Source: Callorhinchus milii (lineage: Eukaryota). From it: 64,000 nucleotides of DNA. Positions 38,456 through 48,734 of the stretch are shown here, one piece after another. Numbering within the stretch: the stretch's first letter is position 1; every line of letters begins with the position of its first letter. The stretch lies in assembly GCF_018977255.1 (NCBI RefSeq), contig NW_024704742.1, positions 125,056,001 to 125,120,000 of the forward strand. Direction: 5' to 3'. A program made the position numbers and the translations under genes. Below the pieces are notes generated by a model that was not told where the DNA came from, made no database searches, and saw nothing but the letters and a program-made list of their open reading frames with translations.

Positions 38456-40848
38456 TTATAGAATTATAAGCACAGGAGGAGGCCATTCAGGCCATCATGT
38501 CTGTGCCGGCTCTTTAAAAAGAACTTCCAAATCAATCCCATTCCCTGTTTTTTCCCCATAACCCTGCAAACTTGTCCTCCACAAATAATTATCTCCTTCT
38601 CTTTTAAAAGTTATTATCAAATCGGGTTCCACTACTCTTTCAGGCTATGCATTCCAACTCGCTGTAAGAAAAAAATGTCTCCTCACCTCCTCTCTGTTTC
38701 TTTTAAAAAATATTTTAAATTGGTGTCCTCAAGTTACCGACCCGCCTGCCAGTGGAAATAGTTTCTCCTTGTTCACCCTGTTGAATCCCCTCATAATTTT
38801 GAAAACTCCTACCAAGTTTGATCTTAACCTTCTCTGTTCCAAGGATAATAATCCTAGCTTCTCTTGCCTCTCCTGACAACTGAAGTCCCTCATTCCTGGC
38901 ACCATCCTGGTAAATCTCCTTTGCACCCTTTCCAATGCCTTGACATCCTTCCTAAAATGTGGTGCCCAGAACTGAGCACAGTTGAGGCCTAACCAGAGTT
39001 TTATAAAGGTTCATCACAAGGAGCATAAAAGTTCATCATTTGGTCACTTCAATCCACAACTGTTTGTGGGACACTGCTGTGTGCAATTCGCTGCTGCGTT
39101 TCGCCCACAAACATGGTATATTCTGTGAAGCGCTTTGAGACATCCGGAAGACCTGAAAAACGCTATATCAAAATGCAAGGATTATTATTATTATCATAAT
39201 TTCCTGACTTTTGTAATCTTTGCCCCTATTTATAAAGTCTAGTATCCCATATGCTTTTTAAAAAGCTTTATCTACCTGTCCTGCCACCTTCAAATATTTA
39301 CTTATATGAAGCCCCAGATCTCTCTGTTTCTTCACCCCCTTTAAGATTGTACCATCAGCTTATATTGTCTCTCCTCATTCTTCCTCCCAAATCCATCGCT
39401 TTGCATTTTTCCACATTAAACTTCATCTGCCAAGTGTCTGAGCATTTTACCAGTCTGTCCATGTCCTCTTGCAGTCTGCTACTCTCCTCCTCACCGTTTA
39501 CTACTATTCCTAGCTTAGTATTATCTGCAAACTTGGAAATTGTACTCCCTATACCCAAGTCCCAGTCTTTTATATAGATAAAAAACAGCAGTGGTCCCAA
39601 TACTAACTCCTGGGGGACATCACTGCACAGAAAAACAACCATTCACCACCACTCTCTACTTTCTGTCTCCCGGTAAGTTCTGTATACATACTGTCATTGT
39701 CCCTTTAATGTGGAACTTTATCAAATGCCTTTTGAAAATCCATATAAACTACATCAACTGCACTACCTTCAGCCACCCTCTCCATTACTTCATCAAAAAC
39801 TCTATCAGATTTGTTAGACACAATTAGTATTAACAAATCTGTGTTGGCTGTCCTTTATTAACCCATATTTTTCTAAGTGAACATTTATTTTGTCCCAGAT
39901 TATAGTCTCTAGAAGTTTCCCCACTACTGACATTAGGCTGACTGGCCTGTAGTTCTCAGGTACATCCTTCTGCCCCTCTTTGTACAGGGCAGTAACATTT
40001 GCAACCTTCCATCCTCTGGCATCACCCCGGTGTCCAGAGCCTCCGCTATTTCCACCCTTATTTCTCTCAGTAACCTAGGATGCATTCCATCCGGACCGAG
40101 TGTCTTATCTACCTTGAGCACCGTTAACATTTTTAGTATCTCCTCTCTGTTTATTCTTATCCCATCCAATTTCTCTACCGTCTACTCCGATACTGTGGCA
40201 TTGGCTGCATCCTCTTCTTTTGTGAAGACAGATGCAAAGTATTCATTCAGTACATCAGCCATACCCTCTGCCTCCATAAGAAGATTTCCTCTTTGGTCTC
40301 TAATTGGCCTCATCCTACCTTTGACTAAGCTTTTATTCTTTATATGCTAATGAAATACATGTAATACATATTTTAGGTTCCCTTTTATGTTACTGGATAA
40401 TCTTTTATTATACAATCTCTTTGCCCTCTTATTTCCTTTGTCAGTTCTCCTCTATACTTTCTATATTCTATTTGATTATCTTTTGTATTTTGGACCTGAC
40501 ATTTATCATAAGCCTCCTTTTTCTGTTTTATTTTAATCCCAATTTCTTTAGTCATCCAGGGAGGTTTGGATGCCCTACCTTAATCCTTTGTGGGAATGTA
40601 TTTATTTCGTCCCTGAACTATCTTCTCCTTGAAGGCTTCCCATTGCTTGTTAGCTGTGTTTTCTGCCAGTCTTTCTTTCCAGTTCATCTTGGTTACGTCT
40701 CGTTCTAACTCACTGAAATTAGCTCTATTCCAGTTGAGTATCTTTACTTATTCCTTGTCCCTTTCCATGAGTACCCTAAACCTAATGATGTTGCAATCAC
40801 TATTGTCCAGATGGTCTCCTACTGAAACCTGCTCCACCTGCCCCACAT
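38456..40848 (-). mobile_element. CR1 (HER1-like) LINE, about 2.4 kb, decayed ORF2 from the end of the APE domain through RT, with a nested SINE at about 39035-39195
   Basis: GDHLDNSDCNIIRF (APE end), GPDGMHPRLLRE, VPQELVLGPLLFFIYI...KFADNTKLG and ERVQRRFTRMVPG...LEQRRLR. Flanked by the direct repeat AAAATATTAAA(A)TGTTACA. Confidence 0.95.
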
Positions 40849-40960
40849 TTTTAAAAAATCTGTCAAAAATATTAAAATGTTACAGCATTGTTTGTCCATG
40901 GCAATGACATTGCAGTGCATCATAGAAACAATCATGTATGTCTAAACCTTTTTTTATTTC

Positions 40961-41041
40961 AATAAAGAAAGTGCAGTTTAAACCATTCTATTCAATATAG
41001 AAAGTGCAGTTTCAGCCATTATATTCAAAATAGAAAGTGCA
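40961..41041. repeat. 33-bp tandem repeat, about 2.5 copies
   Basis: Unit AATAwAGAAAGTGCAGTTTmArCCATTmTATTC starting at 40961, 40994 and 41027. Confidence 0.85.
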
Positions 41042-41598
41042 AGGCTACTGTTGAACACAAAATACAGCAGACGGCCTGCTAATCTATAGATGTAAGATTC
41101 TGTATGAGACCTTATCCTGTTTCTGTTTGAGCTTAAGCATGCCTTGTGCAGGTTAGAAGGGTGACAGCAGGGTCAGAGGATGCTTCTCTTCTCTTCTGTC
41201 CCCTCCAGTGCCATCTGCAATCAGATTGTTAGTGTGTCAAGTCAATCTGTCAGAAAACCCCTCACACTGCTCAGTCAACCATGAGTATATACCTTATACT
41301 GGCAGAGGATGTCCTTTGCTACATTCAGTCAGTCTGTCTAAATGGGGCATCAGACAATACCTCCATACCGATGAATGCTAGCTGAGCTTCTCATTGATGT
41401 TTCTTGACCTAAGAAGCAGAAATATCAGAAGGACCAGGTAGAAGGGCTTCGGGTGGCCTGTTTGTCAATTGACATAACTCACAAACCCTTGGCCTGTTAA
41501 ACGAATTCCCTCTTAATCCATGTGTAAGATTCCACACAATCACAAAATAATAAAATCACTTTAGTTACTCTCGCTGTGTTGAAAGGAATTTTCTGTTG

Positions 41599-41632
41599 TG
41601 TAGTGCGACAACCTAGCCACTAGATGACACCA
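41599..41632 (+). promoter_or_regulatory. Candidate CTCF site with upstream module
   Basis: TGTAGTGCG-N6-TAGCCACTAGATGACACC resembles the CTCF upstream (TGCAG) motif plus core, with one core mismatch (GAC for GGC). Lies in non-repeat DNA. Confidence 0.4.
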
Positions 41633-42251
41633 AGAGATAGGAACTATTACCCATGATTTATTCTCACTATTCGTGACAGTAACCACCATGGAAGGTGACG
41701 ATTATTGCTTAGATTATCATTAAGATCACTGAGGTAAGCAAATTAAGTGATCTGGTGTAAATTAACTGTACTAATATTCCAGTGTAAGTTATTACTGTCA
41801 GGGTGCAGCAAGTACAGAATTTATGGACATATTGGACTCTGCACCCGAAAATAATTTCTTTTGCCTGGTTCTAACATCGCTATGGGTCCTAATGGGTTAT
41901 TATGTTAATGGACAGCTCACATTATTGATCTATCACACTTGCAGAGGATCAGCTTCTGGAGCAGGGAGACTACGAAAAATAAATGAGCTGACTTACATTC
42001 CAGGCTCTTGATAGAGTTATTATCTTGCATCTTATTTTTACATTACAGGTGCAGATTTGAAGAGCGCATGCACTAACTATATTATTGCTGCACTTAAGTG
42101 GAGTGTTCCAAAGCATGTAATTACAGTGCAGTCTTATGGCCCTGAAGAGATGGGGATAGTGGAAGAGTGTATCCATGATTTGAGGGCTATACACTGGTGA
42201 TTATAGAGACAGTGCTCTTTGCATCTGTGGCTGGCCTTTTGTGTTGTGACG

Positions 42252-42265
42252 GTTGCCATGGCAAA
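42252..42265. promoter_or_regulatory. Candidate RFX X-box
   Basis: GTTGCCATGGCAAA matches the palindromic consensus GTTGCCATGGCAAC at 13 of 14 positions. Confidence 0.4.
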
Positions 42266-42924
42266 TAATTGGCCCAAATTTCAGCTATTTTCATCCAGGT
42301 GTGAAATTCATAATTTTGCACTTCTGATTAATTTTATACGTGCCCTTTTAAACAATCTAAAAGGATCTAAAGGAATTGGGTGGGGCTATTAATGAAAAGA
42401 AAGTTGCAATCTTCTGCAATGAAAGCTTCCTTATCTTCTGTGTGGCTCAGAGAGCTCTCTCCAATCTCAGCTGCTGTAGCAGATGACCTTGTTGAGAGTT
42501 TTATTCATTCAAAACAACAAGAAAGGCCTTGTCCTCAGCATTTAAAGGAGGTTGCGCGCAGCATGAATTAACATACTACTGTATTAAAGAGCTGTGAAAG
42601 AAAGAGTACTTTATTTAGATCCTTAATTCAAAAAACTGAGAAGCATATTTATATTTTAACAATAAATCAATAGTTTATTTTTATTCCTAAGGTCATTATG
42701 TAATTTTCACTTTTTTTTAAAGTTGTTTTCTTGACCAGTGATGTACAGTTAAATTCTTATCCTCTGTATTATGTAGTTTAATCTAACCATTGAACCATAT
42801 GAAGTGTGTGAGTTTGGGAAGGTACATGATTAAAGCCTCTCTTGCTGTTTTTAGACTGGTTTTGACAAGACTGCACATTTGAATGTTCGGTCAGGTCAAT
42901 GTGTAATATATGTATATATGGGAG

Positions 42925-43680
42925 TGCAACAAAAACAATTTACCTTTATATATTGCCTCTCAAATAGTGTGATGGCTCAGAGTGCTTTACAGAGATGGTC
43001 CCATCCATGGAGCAGAGAAGGGGGACATAAGGGACAGGTGATAGTAGGCATGGTTAAAGAAGGTGGTGCGTTTTGAAGATACATAGTGAGGGGGCAAGAT
43101 GGAGGGGTTGAGGGAGGAAGTCCCAGAGGATGGGGGGAGGGCATGCTACCTGAACGTTCAGCTACTGATGGTGGAGAGGGCTTAGCAGGTCCGAGTTTGT
43201 CAAGTGGAGCAGCAAACTTAAGACTGACGGATGTGTGAGAACTTGAAGGGATTTGTAGGCGAGGGCGAAGATGTTGAAGTAGACTCACTGGGAGACAAAG
43301 GCAACAGTGAAGCTGGAGTGAATGGGGGCAAGGGGCATGTGAGGTTTTGTGGGGGTAAGGATATGGGAGGCAGAGATGTGGATGGGCTGAAGTTTGTGTG
43401 GTGGAGCTGGGGAGGCCAGTGCTGAGTTCATTGGAAGTTTAGTTTGGAGATGACAAAGATGTGAATAATGGTTTGGTTGGACTGGGCGAGAGATAAGTGA
43501 CATAGATGGGCAGCATGGAGACAATACAGGCATTCAGCTCCCTTCGCTCCCTCAATCAATTCACTGACAAAGACCACATTTCTGTAGGTGTTGGTCAGTG
43601 ACTGGATATATGGGAGGAAAGAGAGCTGAGGGTTGAGTCAAAACCAACGTCGCATATTGCTTCAATAGATGGAGCGAGGA
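42925..43680 (-). mobile_element. Old L2 fragment
   Basis: Degenerate minus-strand ...ASPAPPHKLQPIHISASHIL... region followed by the L2 tail. Confidence 0.7.
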
Positions 43681-45209
43681 AGATGGTTTCCACATACATG
43701 TGGATGCAGAATTGTCTATTCAAATGGTAATTACAATAAGAATGCATTAGTGTTTATCATTGATATTCATGAATTGTGGAAAAATCTTAATAATAATAAT
43801 AATCGTTGCATTTGAAATAGTGCCTTTCACATGTGGAGGACATCTAAAAGTACTTCACAGGATTCAATGTTAAGTGGAATGACTGTATTTTTGTAGGCAA
43901 ATATAGCAGCCAATTTGCTCACAGTAATGTCCTTCAATCAGCCATGATGTCCTTAAATTCATTATTAATTTGGAGGTTAGTTCAGCAGTTCTTAAATAGC
44001 TCCCAAATTAAGGCTGAATTTATATATTTCACACAATTCTATGCAATCTTAAGTTTTAAAACATAACAGCCTTGTACGACTAAATGGAATGTTCATCCGA
44101 TGGTGTGTGGAGGACACAGAGATTTAAAATTGGAAATATGGCAGCAGTAACAGGAAAAGTGAGTCACAAAATATACAGTCAATCCACTTTACAGTATATC
44201 ATTTACAGTATATACACTTTACAGTCACCTACCCCCTCCCTCTCCCCTTGGCTTGTTGTCAGACTGCCACTGTGAAGCGCTCTGGTGTGCTAACCCACGT
44301 GAAGGGAGCTATATCAATGCAAGTTGTTGTTATCCTGTGAAGCGCTTTGAGGTATCTCGACAATGTGATAAGGTGCTATATCAAATGTAAGGATTATTAT
44401 GAAGGTGTATGATCCTGGAATTGTAGTCTTCAGGTATAACGTTACTTAAAGCTTTTAAGATGTACTGACAGGTTACATCAGAGACACCCCTAAAGCGACT
44501 AGCCAAGCAAGATTAGCAACAGCCCAGTGTCCCAGCAGGCAAATGTTACTATTTTTGGGAGGATAGAAAAAGTGATCATCCCAGGGATCATCCCATTGTT
44601 CTCAGAGCAAAGCTCAGAAAGTGGGTGTCTGCAATTCTTCCTTCCTCCATCTCATTGCCTGCAGAACTCCTTGCCTCAGCATTTCTGATCTCTCATGACA
44701 GAAGGGCTTCAGTGGCACAGGTTGAATGAATGTGACTTTTTTCAGTTGCATAACATGAAATGTAAACAGACTGACTCTGATTACTTTAATTGGTTTTGAA
44801 TGACATGAAAGCATTGCCAATCACAAACTGCTAGTGAACAATCAGGGATGGATATACTTCCAGGCCCTGTGTTAACTTGAAACTTTCCATCTCACAATCA
44901 TTTCAATAGATCACTTTGTCAACTGGGACTGTCAGCACCAATGCGGTTTCACTGGAGTGTGATGCACCAGAAATGTTTTCATACCTTTTAATGCTGCTAT
45001 GTCTGGACCCTTTTGAGGTCATTGAAACTCCATGTTACTGCTGATTGTGCTTTTCCCCATTCATTTTCCACAGAAGCTCACAGAACCAAAGTTTGTAAAT
45101 TTATGGTCATTGGGAGAATTACACCCCCCACCCCCTCCCAATAGAGTGAAGGATGATCAATTTCCTGTTAATGCCACAAATGTCTCAATGCATCAATATT
45201 TGGGTGTTA

Positions 45210-45341
45210 CAAAACACAAAATACTGCAGATGCTGGAATCTGAAACAAAAACAGAGCGAGCTGGGAAAACTCAGCAGGTCATGCAGCATCTATAGAGAAA
45301 GGAAAATGAGTCAACGTTTCGGGTCCACGACCCTTCGTCAG
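45210..45341 (-). mobile_element. 132-bp Penelope-like insertion with a 15-bp TSD
   Basis: Exact flanking repeat AATATTTGGGTGTTA at 45195-45209 and 45342-45356. The minus strand begins CTGACGAAGGGTCGTGGACCCGAAACGTTGACTC. Confidence 0.85.
45308..45341 (-). ncRNA. Minimal type I hammerhead ribozyme core (Penelope-type), 5' strand of helix I truncated
   Basis: CUGACGA, extra A, helix II GGGUC/GACCC with a GUG loop, GAAA, palindromic ACGU helix III, putative GUU cleavage triplet, then GACUC. Confidence 0.7.
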
Positions 45342-45359
45342 AATATTTGGGTGTTAGTC

Positions 45360-45720
45360 TGGCTAGCATTCTTGCCTCTGAATCAGAAGGTAGTGAGCTC
45401 AAGTCCAACTAGGACTTTGAACACATATAGCCTTGGTTCAGTGTTGGGAAGTGCTACATCCCCCCAATGTAAAAAGCAGTATATAAATGTAAAGTTGTAT
45501 TGTACTTTTTCATTGTCAGAGATGCTGTACTTCAGATGAGATATTAAACTGAGATACCACGTGTCGGTTCAGGTGGAAATTGAAGATCCCATGGCAAACT
45601 CGAAAAGAAAAGAGAGTTTCTCCAAGTGTCCTGGCCAACAACCTTCTAGATAAAGTTGGCCAAACACTTGATACTTGTTTGTGGAACATTGCTATGTGTA
45701 AAATGGATGCCTTATCTGAA
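45360..45720 (+). mobile_element. Deu-domain SINE
   Basis: Head CTCTGAATCAGAAGG and Deu core CAGGTGGAAATTGAAGATCCCATGGCA...TGTCCTGGCCAACAA. Confidence 0.75.
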
Positions 45721-46069
45721 TGCATGGTTGAAATACAGAAGTAACAACAAAGGACAAATTAAAGAAAAAATAATGCATTTTCCCATCCTTTAGCACACCA
45801 GAGCGCTTTAGATTTCTCTTGTCTTTGTTGGCTGATCACTTAGATGCTTTTTCGCCACTTGCACTGTGATGGTAAAAAAATACATCGGGAAGAATTTATT
45901 ACGCTAAAGTAACCAAGATTTTAATGAGACAAAATAGATATTTTAAATAATTTTCCCTGGGCTCTCCCTGTCATTTTATTCCATTTTCTTCCCTCTGTTC
46001 TCTTAACTTTTCATGCTACAGTATTTTCAATTTAATACACTCCATTTGTTTTACTGTACTCCAAAACAC

Positions 46070-46422
46070 CGTCATTAACAGAACCAGCCATCCTGGTTCA
46101 TCAACAGGATTTGAAGGGGGAGACCAGACAATGAGAGCAGGGATTATTCCCACTTGGCTCCTGATCACTCAGTAAGAGGGGATAGTCGTAGCTGGACAAG
46201 CAGTGGTAACTTTCAGATAGTGCTCTCAATAGTAAGGCTATCATCAATCTGCACCTAATACTCTCCAAAACTAGGTAATTCCTTCAAGGAAAGAATACAC
46301 ATTCCATTCCAGATACAGGGAATTCTGCATACATTTATGGAACTCTCAGTCTGGTTTGGCTACTCTTAAGTATGGTAATGAGTTTCCACATATGTCAGAC
46401 ACCTGGCTGATCAACACAAATA
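46070..46422 (+). mobile_element. Unnamed non-LTR family, copy 3
   Basis: Aligns by eye to 30545-30930 and 25130-25330. Ends GACACCTGGCTGATCAACACAAA. Confidence 0.7.
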
Positions 46423-46429
46423 CAGGGTT

Positions 46430-46780
46430 GGCAGAAAACTGCATTATTGGAGGTGCCGTCTTTTAAACGAGATATTAAACTGAGGTCCCATCTTCCTGTT
46501 TAGGTTGGTCTTAAAGATCAAATGGCGCTATTCTATGGGAAACTCCCTTCTCTTTTCGAATAGTACTACCAGATCTTTAAGGCCAACAAACCCTAACAAT
46601 CCCCAAATAAAATTGATCATTCACTCCATGGCTGTTTGTGGGACATTACTGTGCGCAAACAGACTGTGGCATTTTTGCCTACAAAATACAGTCACTAGAC
46701 TTTACAGGATATCCTGTAAAGTGTTTTGAGAGATCTCGGTGATATGACAAAGCACTATATCAAATGAAAGTATTATTACT
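46430..46780 (+). mobile_element. Deu-domain SINE, followed by an L2 3' tail (46800-46926)
   Basis: Deu core and tail, then a young L2 tail ending (TTG)n. Confidence 0.75.
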
Positions 46781-46929
46781 ATGGAATTACAATGTAATTT
46801 CGACCGCGCCTTTGGTCATCTTCCTCCCCCTCCCCCTGGCTCGGCCCCGGGATCCATTACTGTGAAGTGCTCTGAGACGCCGTCCGGCGTGGAGAGCGCT
46901 ATATAAATCCAAGTTGTTGTTGTTGTAAA

Positions 46930-47920
46930 TCACTCTGTAGAGGGAGTTCCTAAGTGTTTATCAGTGATGGGTCAGCCAGACCAATATTACTGCCATGTTA
47001 CTTAGGAATGGATGTTATTTTTCGTAGTATGTTTGACCTTCCTAAAATAGCTACTTTTTGCAGGAGGTTCATATTTTGTTCATTAGGTATTTTGTCAAGC
47101 CATTTCTGAATAGTCTTATTAACAGTCCTGGTTACACTGATGATGATAGTATCTGTGTTTGTTTTATACTGCTACATAAGTCTGCATTCGATTTGTAGCT
47201 TGGTATATTTCATGATCTTCTTTAGTTTCCTTATTTCTTACGATATAATCACTTGGGATAGACACATCAATAATATTACATGTAGAATCTATTTGGTTTG
47301 TTATGCTAATATCTGGTTTGTTACAGATATCTGTATATACTTGTGAGTCCCAGATTATTGTGATGTTATTTTTCGATGTCACTTTTGCTGGTTGATGTTT
47401 ATGGCTTTACATTAATATCAAAGTGTTTACAAATTATCCAGAGAATGTATTTAGCTACATTGTTATGTCAAATCAAATACTCTGATTGTGCTAGGGCTGG
47501 ACATGATGACTGTGTATGATGCTTGATGATATACTTAGCATTTTGGATCAACGTTTCTCTTAAAGATCTTATTTTCATAATAACAGGCAGTAATAGATTG
47601 GTCTTGTGCTGATATAAGAGCTTCTGTTTTGGCATTCAGATCCCCATTCAACCAATTGTAGCTTTGGCTCATATCTAGGCCTTGTTCTTTCATTTCTCTC
47701 TGAAATTGACCATGCATGATTTTCTTCTCCCATTCGTTTTTTCTACAAAATATAATTCCAGAATATACTAATTTAAAGGACAATTTTCATTCAATGTGAC
47801 ATTTTTGTCAGTTCAGGTGAGCTAGTTTCTATTTCTTTTTGATGGATGTCATATTCTTTGATCTTGATTGCTTCTTTAATAATAGAAAATGTATTTTTCT
47901 GTTTTTCATGTTTTTCTATT
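46930..47920 (-). mobile_element. Fossil R4/Dong-clade non-LTR retrotransposon: C-terminal zinc knuckle and restriction-like endonuclease
   Basis: Minus-strand translations in order: WEKKIMHGQF, SYNWLNGDLNAKTEALISAQDQSI, VDPKC, SSCPALAQSEYLI*HNNVAKYILW, IIWDSQVYTD..NKPDI, CNIIDVSIP, LLQKVAILGRSNILRK, then a stop at 46998-47000. Confidence 0.88.
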
Positions 47921-48667
47921 ATTTATTATTTGGACGATTGTTGGCCAGAACACCAGGAGAAACTCTCTTCTCTTCTTGACGAGTGACGTGGGATCTATAC
48001 TGTAAATTGTATTTTGTAGAAAAATTAACATCTAAATTGTCATGATTATATAGTGGAGTTCCTTGAATACTTGCAAATACAGAGAGAAAATGTAAAGTAT
48101 ATTTTTTTTACATCTGTATTGATTAAACCAGAAATGCATGTTTTTCTTAAGTCTAACTATAAATAGTTATTCCGTCCTTCAGATGAGACATTAAGCTGAG
48201 ATCCCGTCTGCCTGTTCAGGTGGACGTTAAACATCCGATGGCACTATTTAAAAAGAGAAGGAAGATTCTCCTAGTGTCCTGGCCAACAATCCCTCAAATA
48301 ACGTTTGGTTAGTCACTTCACGGCTGTTTGTGGAATTGGAACAATTGTTGCTGGAGCTTCTTAATCTACTAAAGCGTACACTAGGTTTATTTTACTGAAT
48401 TTTAATATTCTGAGTTGATCTACACTCAGGGATCAATTCAGTCCACCTTCATGAGAGTGAAACTGCATCTTATACTGAATTTATAAATAGGTAATTATTC
48501 ATTAGTTATAAATGGGAGACAAATGAGTATTCATGTGCATATATTAGCAAATTATCCTGTCAAACATCTCCCAGATAAAATTAATCATTCATTTCATGGC
48601 TTTTTCGGTATATTACTCTACCCAATTCGCTGCGTGTTTGTTTAGAAAATACACGGTCACTACACTT

Positions 48668-48734
48668 CTGGTTTGGATACTCTTAAGCATGATGATGGGT
48701 TTCTGTATGTATGCCTCAGCTGACCAAAAATAGG
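48668..48734 (+). mobile_element. Unnamed non-LTR family, copy 4 (67 bp), inside a SINE tail
   Basis: CTGGTTTGGATACTCTTAAGCATGATGATGGGTTTC...GCTGACCAAAAA, with an exact TSD TACACTT at 48661-48667 / 48735-48741. Confidence 0.75.
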
